Origin: an uncultured cyanobacterium | GTDB taxonomy: Bacteria; Cyanobacteriota; Cyanobacteriia; Cyanobacteriales; CAWCAG01 | Direction: 5' to 3' | Assembly (NCBI GenBank): GCA_963803805.1 | Contig: CAWDOD010000010.1 | Span: 416,001 to 480,000, forward strand | Length of the DNA stretch: 64,000 bases | Shown here: positions 8,501 through 17,083 of the stretch, one piece after another | How the letters are laid out: each line of letters begins with the position of its first letter | Numbering within the stretch: position 1 is the stretch's first letter | Notes under the pieces: generated by a model | Told to the model about the DNA's origin: nothing | Databases searched by the model: none | What the model saw: only the letters and a program-made list of their open reading frames with translations | Position numbers and translations under genes: made by a program

Positions 8501-10295
8501 TAATCCTGCCCTAGCACGCATTTACGGTTATGATTCTCCAGAAGATTTAATTATCAACCTGGGGAGTATTGGTGATAATCTCTACGTTGAACCAGGAACT
8601 AGAGCAGAATTTATCCGCAGACTCAATCAGTATGGTTCGGTAGTCGGTTTTGAAGCTCAAGTTTATCGCCGCGACGGCACTTTAACTTGGATTTCTGAAA
8701 ATGCCCGTACCGTTTGTGATGAAGAAGGTAATCTCCTTTTTTACGAAGGTACAGTAGAAGATATAGCCGAACGCAAAGAAGCTCAAGAAGCTCTACAAAG
8801 AGCAAACGAACAGTTAGAAACTAGAGTCGAAGAACGTACTGCTGCTTTAAGAGACTCCAACCGTCAGTTGCTCATTGAAGTTAGTGAACGCCAAAAAGTA
8901 GAAGCGGAATTGCGGGCTTTATTTGCTGCCATGACAGATGTGATTGCGGTGTTTGATGCTCAAGGACGTTATCTTAAAATTGTTTCTACTAATTCAGAAC
9001 TTTTGTACAATCCTTCAACGGAGAGAATTGGCAAGACGGTTTATGAAGTTTTGCCTTCTAGTCAAGCAAAACTGTTTGTCAGTCATATTCAACGGGCCCT
9101 CAACACGGGACAAACAGTTAATTTAGAATACAACTTGCCGGTGACTCCAAATGGTAAAGATGCTCCGATGCAAGAAATGTGGTATGCAGCAAATGTTTCC
9201 CCTATGCCAGATAATTGCGCTATTTGGGTGGCCAGAGATATAACAGAACGCAAGTATGCAGAAAAAGCTTTAGAAAAAGCCGAAGAAAAGTATCGCAGTA
9301 TCTTTGAAAATGCGGCTGAGGGGATTTTCCAAATTGCTCCTGACGGTCGTCATATAAGTGCTAATCCGGCTTTAATTAATATGTATGGTTATCTTTCCTT
9401 AAGAGACTTAATTGGCAGCTTACCTAATGTCAACGAACAACTCTATGTAAACAGGGAACGCCGTCAAGAATTTCTGCGACTTTTGGAACGGGATGAGTTA
9501 GTATCCAACTTTGAATCGCAAATTTATCGTAAAGATGGTAGTATCATCTGGATTTCTGAAAATACTAGGGTAGTACGAGATGAAGTTGGTAAGTTGCTTT
9601 ACTACGAAGGTACAGCCACAGATATTACTAAGCGTAAAGAAGCAGAGGAAGCTTTGCGAGAAGAACAGGCTCGTTCAGAACGCCTCTTACTAAACATTTT
9701 GCCCAAAACCATTGCTGAGCAACTCAAACATTACGAAGGTTCTTTAGCAGAAAGATTTGATGAAGCAACGGTTCTTTTCGCAGATATTGTTGAGTTTACC
9801 CCTATTTCTGCTGATGTTGCCCCGTTAGAATTAGTTAGCACTCTTAATCAAATTTTCTCTTGCTTTGATCAACTGGCCGAAGAGCTTGGTTTAGAAAAAA
9901 TCAAAACTATTGGTGATGCTTATATGGTAGCAGGGGGGTTGCCTGTTCCTAGAGCAGACCATGTTGAAGCGATCGCTGATATAGCCCTAGCTATGCAAAA
10001 AGAAATTGGTCGTTTCAAACAAGAAAATGGTAAACCATTCCGCCTCCGCATCGGTATTAATACAGGACCAGTAGTCGCAGGAGTAATTGGTATTAAGAAA
10101 TTTATCTACGACTTGTGGGGGGATACAGTTAATGTTGCTAGCAGAATGGAATCCCAAGGAGCCGAAGGAGAAATTCAAGTTACCGAAGCTACTTACAAAC
10201 GGTTGCAGGAAAACTATTTATTTATCCATCGAGGTAAAGTGAATATTAAAGGAAAAGGAGATATGAAAACCTATTGGTTAAAGGGAAGAAAATAA
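5532..10295 (+). CDS. Class III adenylate cyclase with N-terminal UrtA/AmiC-type binding domain and seven PAS domains
   Basis: N-term VGILHSLSGT..E, DGASDP, QYEGLE, PNQQ; PAS/PAC units; C-term FADIVEFT, KIKTIGDAYM, YDLWGDTVNVASRMES. Start codon uncertain. Confidence 0.9.
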   Translation: MYRCIGEMLQQAILSINTLKSPERKESATVQVGILHSLSGTLAFRETSLVEAELMAIEEINATGGVLGKIIEPVVADGASDPTEFEQLAKELIQECGINNIFGCYSSSIRKAVLPIFEELNAQLWYPAQYEGLESSKNIFYTGSCPNQQAEPGVNWLLSNGNKKFYLVGTEDIFSHVAHKLIKQQLEQAGIVVGEVYMPEGIENFRPILGNIRQIQPDVIINTLNEASNLLFYRQYRELDFPGDTIVMALRLSEVELQEIGKDAQGTYATRSYFQNLDTPRNQDFIRNFQNRYGKKRVINEAIETAYTQVYLWKQAVELAQSFDLERLRVAVYGETFKAPNGLVQLEPNHHIWKPYRIAQVLPTGNFSIIHTAPQPAKPLPWLSLGENSPHHSEVVTGLLSEVSLWIQRAKDLQKKSSDLQSNMAQLQREMAQTQRISTPLPESEAELQSLFEAMTKLILVINNQGRYLKIAPNHSDLSYQDGSQLLGKTLDEVFDRNQADTFLGYIQEALESQETVHFEYCLTIREEQFWLAGSLSPISTDSVLWVARDISQQKQEEENLKQAKIELEEKVAERTAALKESNDRLVGEVVERTQAEKELRAARDQLQAVLEAVPGIVSRISDDLHYLEVNSHLADMFELPRGAFVGQDIGFLNSSSEFNDFVRQFFAKKDIQDEYKEISAIVKGEKRKFLLVAQKYDENRATFIVGIDITKRHQAEQELLEAKEQMETVLEAVPGIVSRISHDLSYLEVNSHLAEMFELPREDFVGKDIGFLNSSSEFKEFVRQFFAKKEAQDEYTEVSATFKGVEKRLLLVARKYNHNQATFIVGIDITQRHRVEEQLVDAKGQMEAVLEAVPGIVSRISKDLNYLEVNRHLAETFNLPREAFVGQNIGFLNSSSEFNTFVRKFFADNTIQDAFREVSAKVNGIERKYLIVAQKYDHNKAAFTIGIDITERQQAEERLRQAEAKYRNIFENAVEGIFQTTPEGYFISANPALARIYGYDSPEDLIINLGSIGDNLYVEPGTRAEFIRRLNQYGSVVGFEAQVYRRDGTLTWISENARTVCDEEGNLLFYEGTVEDIAERKEAQEALQRANEQLETRVEERTAALRDSNRQLLIEVSERQKVEAELRALFAAMTDVIAVFDAQGRYLKIVSTNSELLYNPSTERIGKTVYEVLPSSQAKLFVSHIQRALNTGQTVNLEYNLPVTPNGKDAPMQEMWYAANVSPMPDNCAIWVARDITERKYAEKALEKAEEKYRSIFENAAEGIFQIAPDGRHISANPALINMYGYLSLRDLIGSLPNVNEQLYVNRERRQEFLRLLERDELVSNFESQIYRKDGSIIWISENTRVVRDEVGKLLYYEGTATDITKRKEAEEALREEQARSERLLLNILPKTIAEQLKHYEGSLAERFDEATVLFADIVEFTPISADVAPLELVSTLNQIFSCFDQLAEELGLEKIKTIGDAYMVAGGLPVPRADHVEAIADIALAMQKEIGRFKQENGKPFRLRIGINTGPVVAGVIGIKKFIYDLWGDTVNVASRMESQGAEGEIQVTEATYKRLQENYLFIHRGKVNIKGKGDMKTYWLKGRK
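7362..8441 (+). repeat. Intragenic triplication of a 360-bp PAS unit
   Basis: LEAVPGIVSRIS...GFLNSSSEF...GIDIT units start at 7362, 7722 and 8082. Confidence 0.9.
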
Positions 10296-10341
10296 AATAG
10301 CTTTTTTAAGTAGTTGCTAGTTGGTAGTTGCGCTGTTATTT

Positions 10342-10746
10342 CTATTTCAGATCAGATAAGTTATTGAATACTTTTTCTACTAATTTTTGAGCTTTTTCCT
10401 CTAAAAGTTCCCAATTCACTTCTCCTGTGTTAGATAATAGAGTTGTATCAATTTCTACTTCGTAACTGAAGTTAACCAAGTCTGTAACAACATGGATGCG
10501 TTCAGGGTTATAGTTACTGAAGCAGACTTGAAAACACAAATCCCAAATATCTATTTCAATTTTACTTTCTCGGCGAGATAAAACTAATTTATAACCAGGA
10601 AAAGGATTGTTGGCTTCTTGATAATCTGCCTTCCAAGTAGTTTTTTCAACTTGTTTGCGAAGATTGTCAAGTACTCGGATAAAAGTAGGCTGCATCAAAA
10701 TTTGCGCCTGTTGCCAAGCGAGGGTATTTTTAAATTTGGGTTTCAT
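10342..10746 (-). CDS. Conserved cyanobacterial hypothetical protein
   Basis: 134-aa ORF with LMQPTFIRVLDNLRKQ and DIWDLCFQVCF blocks; directly downstream of the MscS gene. Confidence 0.8.
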   Translation of the reverse strand: MKPKFKNTLAWQQAQILMQPTFIRVLDNLRKQVEKTTWKADYQEANNPFPGYKLVLSRRESKIEIDIWDLCFQVCFSNYNPERIHVVTDLVNFSYEVEIDTTLLSNTGEVNWELLEEKAQKLVEKVFNNLSDLK

Positions 10747-10753
10747 ATTATGA

Positions 10754-10788
10754 CATTAATCATTAATCATTAATCATTTAACATTTAT
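10754..10788. repeat. Heptamer tandem repeat (CATTAAT x3 plus two degenerate copies), STRR-like
   Basis: Directly visible in the intergenic gap. Confidence 0.8.
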
Positions 10789-12467
10789 CATTTTTGCTCT
10801 CCATTTGAAGTAACTAATTGCAAAGCTGAAGCATTTTCTAGCCACAAAGATTGACGAGGTGCGCCGATGGTTATGTTTGCTTCATCGAAGGCTAGTTTTA
10901 AGCGACGGCGAAACTCTCTTCCTAAGCCTAAATGCTTGCCGGGTTGAGTTTTCAAGAAGAACAAGATTTCAATCCCCCTACTGCTAATATTATTAACCCC
11001 TAAGACATTAACCGGGTCAATAACTGAATCTTGCCAGTCTGGATCTTGTTGCATTCCTTCTGCTACTTCCCGAATTACCATTAGGGCTTGATCAACATCA
11101 ACATTAGGACTAATCTCAATAGTTAAATCGATACGCGACCAATCTTTAGTTAAGTTATGGGCAGTGGTAATTCTACTATTAGAAACTGTACTTAAACGTC
11201 CCCCCGAACCACGAATTTGGGTCATACGGAGATTCATATTTTCTACGAAGCCTCTAGTTTCTCCCACATCAACTATATCGCCAATGGCAAACTGATCTTC
11301 CCAAAGAATTAAAATGCCGTTGATGATATCTCTAATTAAATTTTGTGAACTAAAGGAAACAGCAAAGCCAATTATTCCGGCCCCAGCTAATATTGGGGCA
11401 ATGGGAATATGTAGTTTGTGAAGGAATAAAATAGTACCGATGAAAATGCCTAAAAAAGTAATGAGACTACGACAAACTTGAGATAATGTTGTTAAACGAG
11501 CTATTTGTCGTGGGGAAGCAGTTGGTTTTTGCGATTGTTGTTCAAACCATCTTTTGAAGCCGTAATCAAGGAGGAAGATACTACCTCGAATTACCAAGAT
11601 AGTGCCGATAACAATTCCGACTAAAATTGGTTTAGTAAGTAACCAATCTTGAAATCGACGAGTGTAGGGAAACAAGCCAACAATCCAAGCTAAACCTATA
11701 ACCCAAAAGATAAATAAACTGAGTAGCAAAAGCGATCTTTTAAGCTGATTAATATTAAGCTGGCGTTGCCAAATGAGCTTTTTTTGAGCATATTTCATCC
11801 CCTCGTCTTCTGAGTCGAGGTGTGATTCTTTTGTTGGGGGTTGAGGTTGCCCTTCGTGAATTTTCTCCCAACTATGAATAAGACGTTGATGCCAAAATAT
11901 CCAGAGGAAACTAACTATAATTAATCCTAAAAGGATTCCTCCAGCTACCAAACCTTGGTGTTGTAAGTATTCTTTTTGACGCTCCCGTTGTGCTTGAATA
12001 AGAGCAGGGCGAATGATGCGAGTTAAATGTTGAGCTAATTCCTGTACAGATAAGCCGTGAATTTGGGCATCTAACTCTGTTACCGTCATTAAAGCTTGTT
12101 CTTTTAATTGCTTTTCATCGGAGACAAAAATAATAGTTTGACCTTGGCGATCGCGAGGTGTTACAGATAAACTGCGAGGCTCAAAATCTGTGGCGAGGAT
12201 TTGCGAGAGGGCAGTTTCATACATTTCTACTCGCATTTCTAAAGGAGAGATGATATTAGGAGAATTAGGATTATTTGAGTTGCCAATATTCGCAGCAATT
12301 TGAAATAAATTTCTCCCATCTAAGGTTATGGGTGCATAAACTATATTGCCTGGGGTGACTTCTGAGGTGGCGGCCATGAGAGGATTGGAACAGCTTAAGA
12401 TAGTTAAAGTTAAGCTGAGGAAACTGATAAATAAAAATCTTTTTAGGGAAGGAATAGCAGTTTTCAT
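10788..12467 (-). CDS. MscS-family mechanosensitive channel with N-terminal extension
   Basis: AGAGIIGFAVSFSSQNLIRDIINGILILWEDQFAIGD, G.VENMNLR.T motifs; several TM segments. Confidence 0.92.
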   Translation of the reverse strand: MKTAIPSLKRFLFISFLSLTLTILSCSNPLMAATSEVTPGNIVYAPITLDGRNLFQIAANIGNSNNPNSPNIISPLEMRVEMYETALSQILATDFEPRSLSVTPRDRQGQTIIFVSDEKQLKEQALMTVTELDAQIHGLSVQELAQHLTRIIRPALIQAQRERQKEYLQHQGLVAGGILLGLIIVSFLWIFWHQRLIHSWEKIHEGQPQPPTKESHLDSEDEGMKYAQKKLIWQRQLNINQLKRSLLLLSLFIFWVIGLAWIVGLFPYTRRFQDWLLTKPILVGIVIGTILVIRGSIFLLDYGFKRWFEQQSQKPTASPRQIARLTTLSQVCRSLITFLGIFIGTILFLHKLHIPIAPILAGAGIIGFAVSFSSQNLIRDIINGILILWEDQFAIGDIVDVGETRGFVENMNLRMTQIRGSGGRLSTVSNSRITTAHNLTKDWSRIDLTIEISPNVDVDQALMVIREVAEGMQQDPDWQDSVIDPVNVLGVNNISSRGIEILFFLKTQPGKHLGLGREFRRRLKLAFDEANITIGAPRQSLWLENASALQLVTSNGEQK

Positions 12468-12535
12468 GACGTTTATTGTAAGCCTTAATTAATCTAGCTT
12501 AGATGCAAGAAATACTACCATTAATAAGTGGTGTT

Positions 12536-13837
12536 TTAACTTTGGAATGTTAAAAGTCCCAGAACATCATCGGCTAATTTTTCCATTGTCTCCTTACTAA
12601 TCGAAGGTTGAGAAACTACAAAGTTAAAAATCATCTTACCTTGAAAGGTTGTTACTGCTACAGTTAAAGTTCTTCCAAAAATAACGTTGGCAGGGAGAAA
12701 GCTAATTTCTTTTAACTCCAACTCTCCATATTTTGTTGGTGTATTTAACCTACCTAAGTTAGTTACAGAACTTGTTAGAGAAAGTTGATCAGGATTTGCT
12801 AGAGAATAACTAGCAACTTGTTTCATTAATCTCAAAGGCTTAAAGTAATCTTCTCTGCTTAATCCTAATCTAATCTCTTTACTTATTTCCTGAGCTAATT
12901 GCCAAAAAGTTTTTTCTGGGGTTAGGGTGTGGAAAGTATTGATAAAAGAGATGAAAATTCCCATAGCACTGAGGGGAATGGCTGGTTTGGTACGTCTGCG
13001 TAAATCAACATAGGAACTACAAGAAACATTGATGTTTCTAATTTCGCCATTTCTAATTTGATTGGCTACCGCAATAGACATTGCAGCACATAAGGCTCCC
13101 TGAATTGTAGTGTTATTTCCTTTACTCAAATCAACTAATTTATTGGTTAACTCTACTTTTAAATACCTTTGAGTCATGAGGCAACTGCGAGATTCAAGAG
13201 GTACTTTAAGTTCATTTTCAAGACATTCTGGTTTAAACAAAAACATCTTAATTTTCGTTTTCAATAAAAACAAAGCACTTGCCAAAAAACCTCTATAACC
13301 CTGTATTTTTTCTAGTGAAAAATCCTTTTTTAACTGAAAACTAGAAAAATCACTATTAGGAGTGGGAAATTGTCCAGAGGCAACCATTTTGTAAAACTTT
13401 AATAGTTCTGCTTGTAATTGTACAGCAGATAAGCCATCGGCAATACCGTGGTGAATAGTGGCAATCAAATAAGTTTTTTGCTGATTTTTCCAAAGTACAT
13501 AACGTAACAAGCATTCATGACTATTGGTTGGTTTGTTTGACTCTTCTGCTACTATATCTTGCCAAGAATTATAAGAGTTGCTCTTTACTACCTGGAGAGG
13601 AATTTTCTTGGTTCCTTCCTCAGTGAACTTTAAGCTATTAAAAGAACCCGAAATACGCCAATTGAGCCGAGGATAAGTAACTTGAAGCAAATCCAAACTT
13701 TTCCTAAGAATTGCCTCGTCAACTTCTCCTTCAATACAACTAATTACTACTATATTTAAAGAACCACTATGGCGATTAAACAATTCCATAGCTTGTTCCC
13801 TAGAAACCAGGCTTCTATCTTTAACCATTAATACCAA
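12536..13837 (-). CDS. Stand-alone condensation-domain / alcohol acyltransferase (PapA5-like) protein
   Basis: HHGIADG (HHxxxDG) catalytic motif, VDLRRR, VTNLG. Confidence 0.8.
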   Translation of the reverse strand: MVLMVKDRSLVSREQAMELFNRHSGSLNIVVISCIEGEVDEAILRKSLDLLQVTYPRLNWRISGSFNSLKFTEEGTKKIPLQVVKSNSYNSWQDIVAEESNKPTNSHECLLRYVLWKNQQKTYLIATIHHGIADGLSAVQLQAELLKFYKMVASGQFPTPNSDFSSFQLKKDFSLEKIQGYRGFLASALFLLKTKIKMFLFKPECLENELKVPLESRSCLMTQRYLKVELTNKLVDLSKGNNTTIQGALCAAMSIAVANQIRNGEIRNINVSCSSYVDLRRRTKPAIPLSAMGIFISFINTFHTLTPEKTFWQLAQEISKEIRLGLSREDYFKPLRLMKQVASYSLANPDQLSLTSSVTNLGRLNTPTKYGELELKEISFLPANVIFGRTLTVAVTTFQGKMIFNFVVSQPSISKETMEKLADDVLGLLTFQS

Positions 13838-13959
13838 AATATCTAAATTACCACGAATTTCTATGGCTACTAATTATCCGTATTTCACCATCAAAATAAA
13901 TTTGCTGAGGCGATCGCGATTTTTGAGGTAGTGTTAGAGCAATTTGTTGCAGTTATGCC

Positions 13960-14111
13960 ATGCCGGAAGCAAAAATTATTCACCTTGCTACCCATAGCTT
14001 ACTTGATGAAGGGAATACTTAAACCTAAATATACCCGGTGAAGCGCTTTAGCTCCTTCCGCCACAGAAGATGACTTAACTTACCACCGGGAAAATATTTG
14101 ATCTACACTTA
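13960..14111 (+). pseudogene. Decayed CHAT (caspase-like) domain fragment
   Basis: Translates as MPEAKIIHLATHSLLDE* then IPGEAL / APSATEDDL / TTGKIFDLHL across a stop and frameshifts, matching the IHLATHG...IPGAIALAP...DGLLT..EI..L pattern of cyanobacterial CHAT domains. Confidence 0.7.
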
Positions 14112-14570
14112 GCCCCAATTAACCTCCTTTTCTACACCAAAGCCATCTTGAATGGTATGGTTAGTATAAGAATTTGCCCTTGATTGAACAACAAGCCAAA
14201 TAAGCTCTTCTGTAGCTGAAGTGTTTCTCAAACAACGTTCTCCTTGAGGATCTACTCGTACTGTTGTTCCCTCCCTTAAAGGAAATATTTGACCATCAAC
14301 TTGAAATTCTCCTTCACCACGAATAAAAATATAGATTTCTTCGTTGAGACGATGTTTGTGATAAAAAGGAATCGATTGTTGGGGTGGGAGATTGTTAAGA
14401 GATATTTCTGCACTAGTGAGGTTGAGAAGTTGCTTAAGAAAGACTTTGCCCTCAAACTTAAAAGATTTTTCCGGAACTTCAAAGCTGTACTGGTGTAGCC
14501 CAGAAAAGTTTCCCAACTCGGCAACAGCAAAGTTTTGTCCTATTTTGGGTGCAAGGGAAGATTGGGTCAT
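14109..14570 (-). CDS. Cupin-domain protein
   Basis: PFYHKHRLNEEIYIFIRGEG cupin motif 1; ATG at 14570 preferred. Confidence 0.88.
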   Translation of the reverse strand: MTQSSLAPKIGQNFAVAELGNFSGLHQYSFEVPEKSFKFEGKVFLKQLLNLTSAEISLNNLPPQQSIPFYHKHRLNEEIYIFIRGEGEFQVDGQIFPLREGTTVRVDPQGERCLRNTSATEELIWLVVQSRANSYTNHTIQDGFGVEKEVNWG

Positions 14571-14576
14571 AATTTT

Positions 14577-14633
14577 ACTTGTAAATTGCAATTTAAAATT
14601 TATCTTAGGATGAGTAGCTTGTAAAATGCAAGT
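14577..14633. promoter_or_regulatory. Two pseudo-palindromic boxes in the cupin/HxlR divergent promoter
   Basis: ACTTGTAAATTGCAATT (14577-14593) and GCTTGTAAAATGCAAGT (14617-14633), 40 bp apart. Confidence 0.6.
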
Positions 14634-14667
14634 AGTATTTTATTCAAGTAACTTTAATTCTTGTAAG

Positions 14668-15021
14668 ATGTCCCAAGAGCAACGTTCCCCTTGTCCTATT
14701 GCCCGTACCCTAGATTTAATAGGCGATCGCTGGACGTTACTTGTGATTAGAGATATGATGTTTTTCGACAAGCATCGCTTTGAAGAATTTTTAGCCTCAG
14801 CAGAAGGTATTTCTACTAACATCCTCACCAATCGCCTCAAATCCTTAGAAGATTTAGGTTTAGTTAAAAAGCAGCCTTATAGCAACCATCGCCGTCGTAT
14901 GAATTACCAGCTTACAGAAAAAGGGGAAAGTCTGCGTCCTGTTTTAAAAGTAATCACTGCTTGGGGTTTGAAACATATTCCTGAAACAAGAATTCCTGAA
15001 GAAAAGGATAAATCAATTTAG
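14668..15021 (+). CDS. HxlR/DUF24-family winged-helix regulator
   Basis: SPCPIARTLDLIGDRWTLLVIRD, RFEEF, GISTNILTNRLKSLE, YQLTEKG; ATG at 14668 preferred. Confidence 0.92.
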   Translation: MSQEQRSPCPIARTLDLIGDRWTLLVIRDMMFFDKHRFEEFLASAEGISTNILTNRLKSLEDLGLVKKQPYSNHRRRMNYQLTEKGESLRPVLKVITAWGLKHIPETRIPEEKDKSI

Positions 15022-15142
15022 CTGCGGTTGTTTGTTTTTTTAGCAAACACTTAACTTAAACAGGGTTTGGTATCATAAACAGGTTCTGGCATAGCAGCCG
15101 TATCAGCCCACATCAAATTAGGATTCTTTCCCAACTAAGTTT

Positions 15143-15967
15143 ATGGAATTTCTAACTATCTTCCTCTCCAGCTTACTAGCTGCGGTTTCCCCCACAGGCT
15201 TAGTTTTAGATACGGTAGTAGAGAATCAGATTAGTTCTCGACTTGCAGAGGTAGAACAACTAGAAGTTCGCATTGATAACGCCCCTAGTTACCAAATCCT
15301 TCAAGGCAAAGTAGAAAAGGTACGCTTTGCTGGTAGAGGTTTATATGTAACCCCTGAGTTACGTATCAATGCCCTAGAATTAGAAACTGACCCCATCAGC
15401 CTTGATATTCAAGGTATAAGGCAAGGAAATTTATCTCAACTGCGTCAATCTCTGCGCCAACCTTTACAAGGAGGATTGCGTTTAGAGTTATCCCAAGCAG
15501 ATTTGAACCAAGCTTTACAATCTCCTGCTATCAAAGCCCGTATGCAAGCTGTTATTGTACGTTTGTTGAGTAGTTTTACAGGCTCTTCTAGTGAAGATTA
15601 CGAATTAATTAACCCTCGTATCGACTTCTTGGGCAACAATAAATTCCGCTTACAAATGGAGTTACGTCGTAATAATCCTGATGACTCTGGAAATAGCCAG
15701 CTTAACTTAAGTGTAGAATCTCAACTCTCTGTTTCTCAAGGCTATAAAATTGAGTTAGTTGAACCAACTGTAACCCTTAATGATAATCCCATACCCAGTT
15801 TTTTACTTCAGGGATTTACCGCCGGACTAAACAACCGCTTAAACTTACAAGAATTAGAACAGGCTGGGATTTTAGCAAGGGTCTTACAATTAGAAATAGA
15901 TGAAGAGGTAATGAATTTAGCCGCTTTTGTCCGTCTTGAACCTCTGCTAGCTAATTCTCTACCATAA
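15143..15967 (+). CDS. DUF2993 (LmeA-like) protein
   Basis: LEVRIDNAPSYQILQGKVEKVRFAGRG block; hydrophobic N-terminus. Confidence 0.75.
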   Translation: MEFLTIFLSSLLAAVSPTGLVLDTVVENQISSRLAEVEQLEVRIDNAPSYQILQGKVEKVRFAGRGLYVTPELRINALELETDPISLDIQGIRQGNLSQLRQSLRQPLQGGLRLELSQADLNQALQSPAIKARMQAVIVRLLSSFTGSSSEDYELINPRIDFLGNNKFRLQMELRRNNPDDSGNSQLNLSVESQLSVSQGYKIELVEPTVTLNDNPIPSFLLQGFTAGLNNRLNLQELEQAGILARVLQLEIDEEVMNLAAFVRLEPLLANSLP

Positions 15968-16071
15968 AATGAATAACGGGTGAACTTTTACTTTAAAAAA
16001 CTATAATTCACTTAACAATTGGTCTATAGTTATTTTTAAGCAAATACACTTATAAACTCAGGAGTAAAATC

Positions 16072-16707
16072 GTGGAAGAGCAAGAAAAGAGTCGTCAGTT
16101 TTCCTTCAGTACTATTGCGGGTATTTCCGCGGCAAGTCTCATTGCCGTAGGTTCGGTTACAGGTTTACTGGCTTGGCATATACTGACTTCTTCTACGGAT
16201 TTATCTTCATCAAGAAGTGAATATTCCCCTAGTTCTTCCCAAACAAGAAAACCCTCAAGCAATAAAATTCAACAAAAAGAAGCCCAGGTGTTTTGGATTG
16301 ATGCTTCTGGTAATAACATTGAGCTTGTCCCTAGCCCCATTGCTATTGAACAAGAGAAGTCCAATCAACCTGAAGCCGTCCTCGATAGTGCCTTTAAGCG
16401 TTTATTAGCTGGTTCTCCAGGAGAAGAATTAGCAACCAGCATACCAGAAGGAACAAAGCTTAATAATATTAATATTAAAGAAGATGGCATCCATATTGAT
16501 TTATCCAAAGAATTTACTACCGGAGGCGGTAGTGCTTCTATGATGGGTCGTGTAGCTCAAATCTTGCATACTGCAACTAGTTTAGACTCTCAAGCCCCTG
16601 TTTGGATTGAAGTCGAAGGAGAGCAGTTAGAAACTTTAGGAGGAGAAGGACTCCTACTAGAACAGCCTCTTACTCGTGCTAGTTTTAGAGAAGACTTTGA
16701 GCTTTAA
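16072..16707 (+). CDS. GerMN-domain protein
   Basis: TM anchor; TSIPEGTKL, DLSKEFTTGGGSASM.GRVAQI, VEGEQLETLGGEG. Confidence 0.88.
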   Translation: MEEQEKSRQFSFSTIAGISAASLIAVGSVTGLLAWHILTSSTDLSSSRSEYSPSSSQTRKPSSNKIQQKEAQVFWIDASGNNIELVPSPIAIEQEKSNQPEAVLDSAFKRLLAGSPGEELATSIPEGTKLNNINIKEDGIHIDLSKEFTTGGGSASMMGRVAQILHTATSLDSQAPVWIEVEGEQLETLGGEGLLLEQPLTRASFREDFEL

Positions 16708-16746
16708 GTTCATAAACCGAAGAAGAGATTTCACAGCGATTGCTAA

Positions 16747-16945
16747 TCAATTGCCATAAAAATCCATCACCTGCACTAAATCTAATTGAGGACTAGCTTG
16801 GGCAATAAAAGCTTGGTGTTTTTCATGGGGAGCATAAACTTCTAAATCAGATAGTTGTGATCATAATTTTTGAAGTGTGCTTCCCTATCTTCAAGAGCTT
16901 TAAGCCCTAGAACAACTTCTAAGACACCAAGGTGGGCTGGTAATC
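16747..16945 (-). pseudogene. Remnant of a Dabb (stress-responsive A/B barrel) gene
   Basis: Minus strand reads LPAHLGVLEVVLGLKALEDREAHFKNYDH, frameshift, then SQLSDLEVYAPHEKHQAFIAQASPQLDLVQVMDFYGN*; Y..H..H..F and terminal V.DF fit Dabb; no intact 5' end. Confidence 0.6.
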
Positions 16946-17083
16946 AGGTTCGGTAATGGATTACGACATGAGCAAAAGTAATATGTAGCTTCCAGCAATG
17001 CTACGCAAATCTATCAATCGTCATCATAACCTGACATCAACGACCAAATTAGGGACAATAGAAACAGTTTTTGATTCTCAGGA

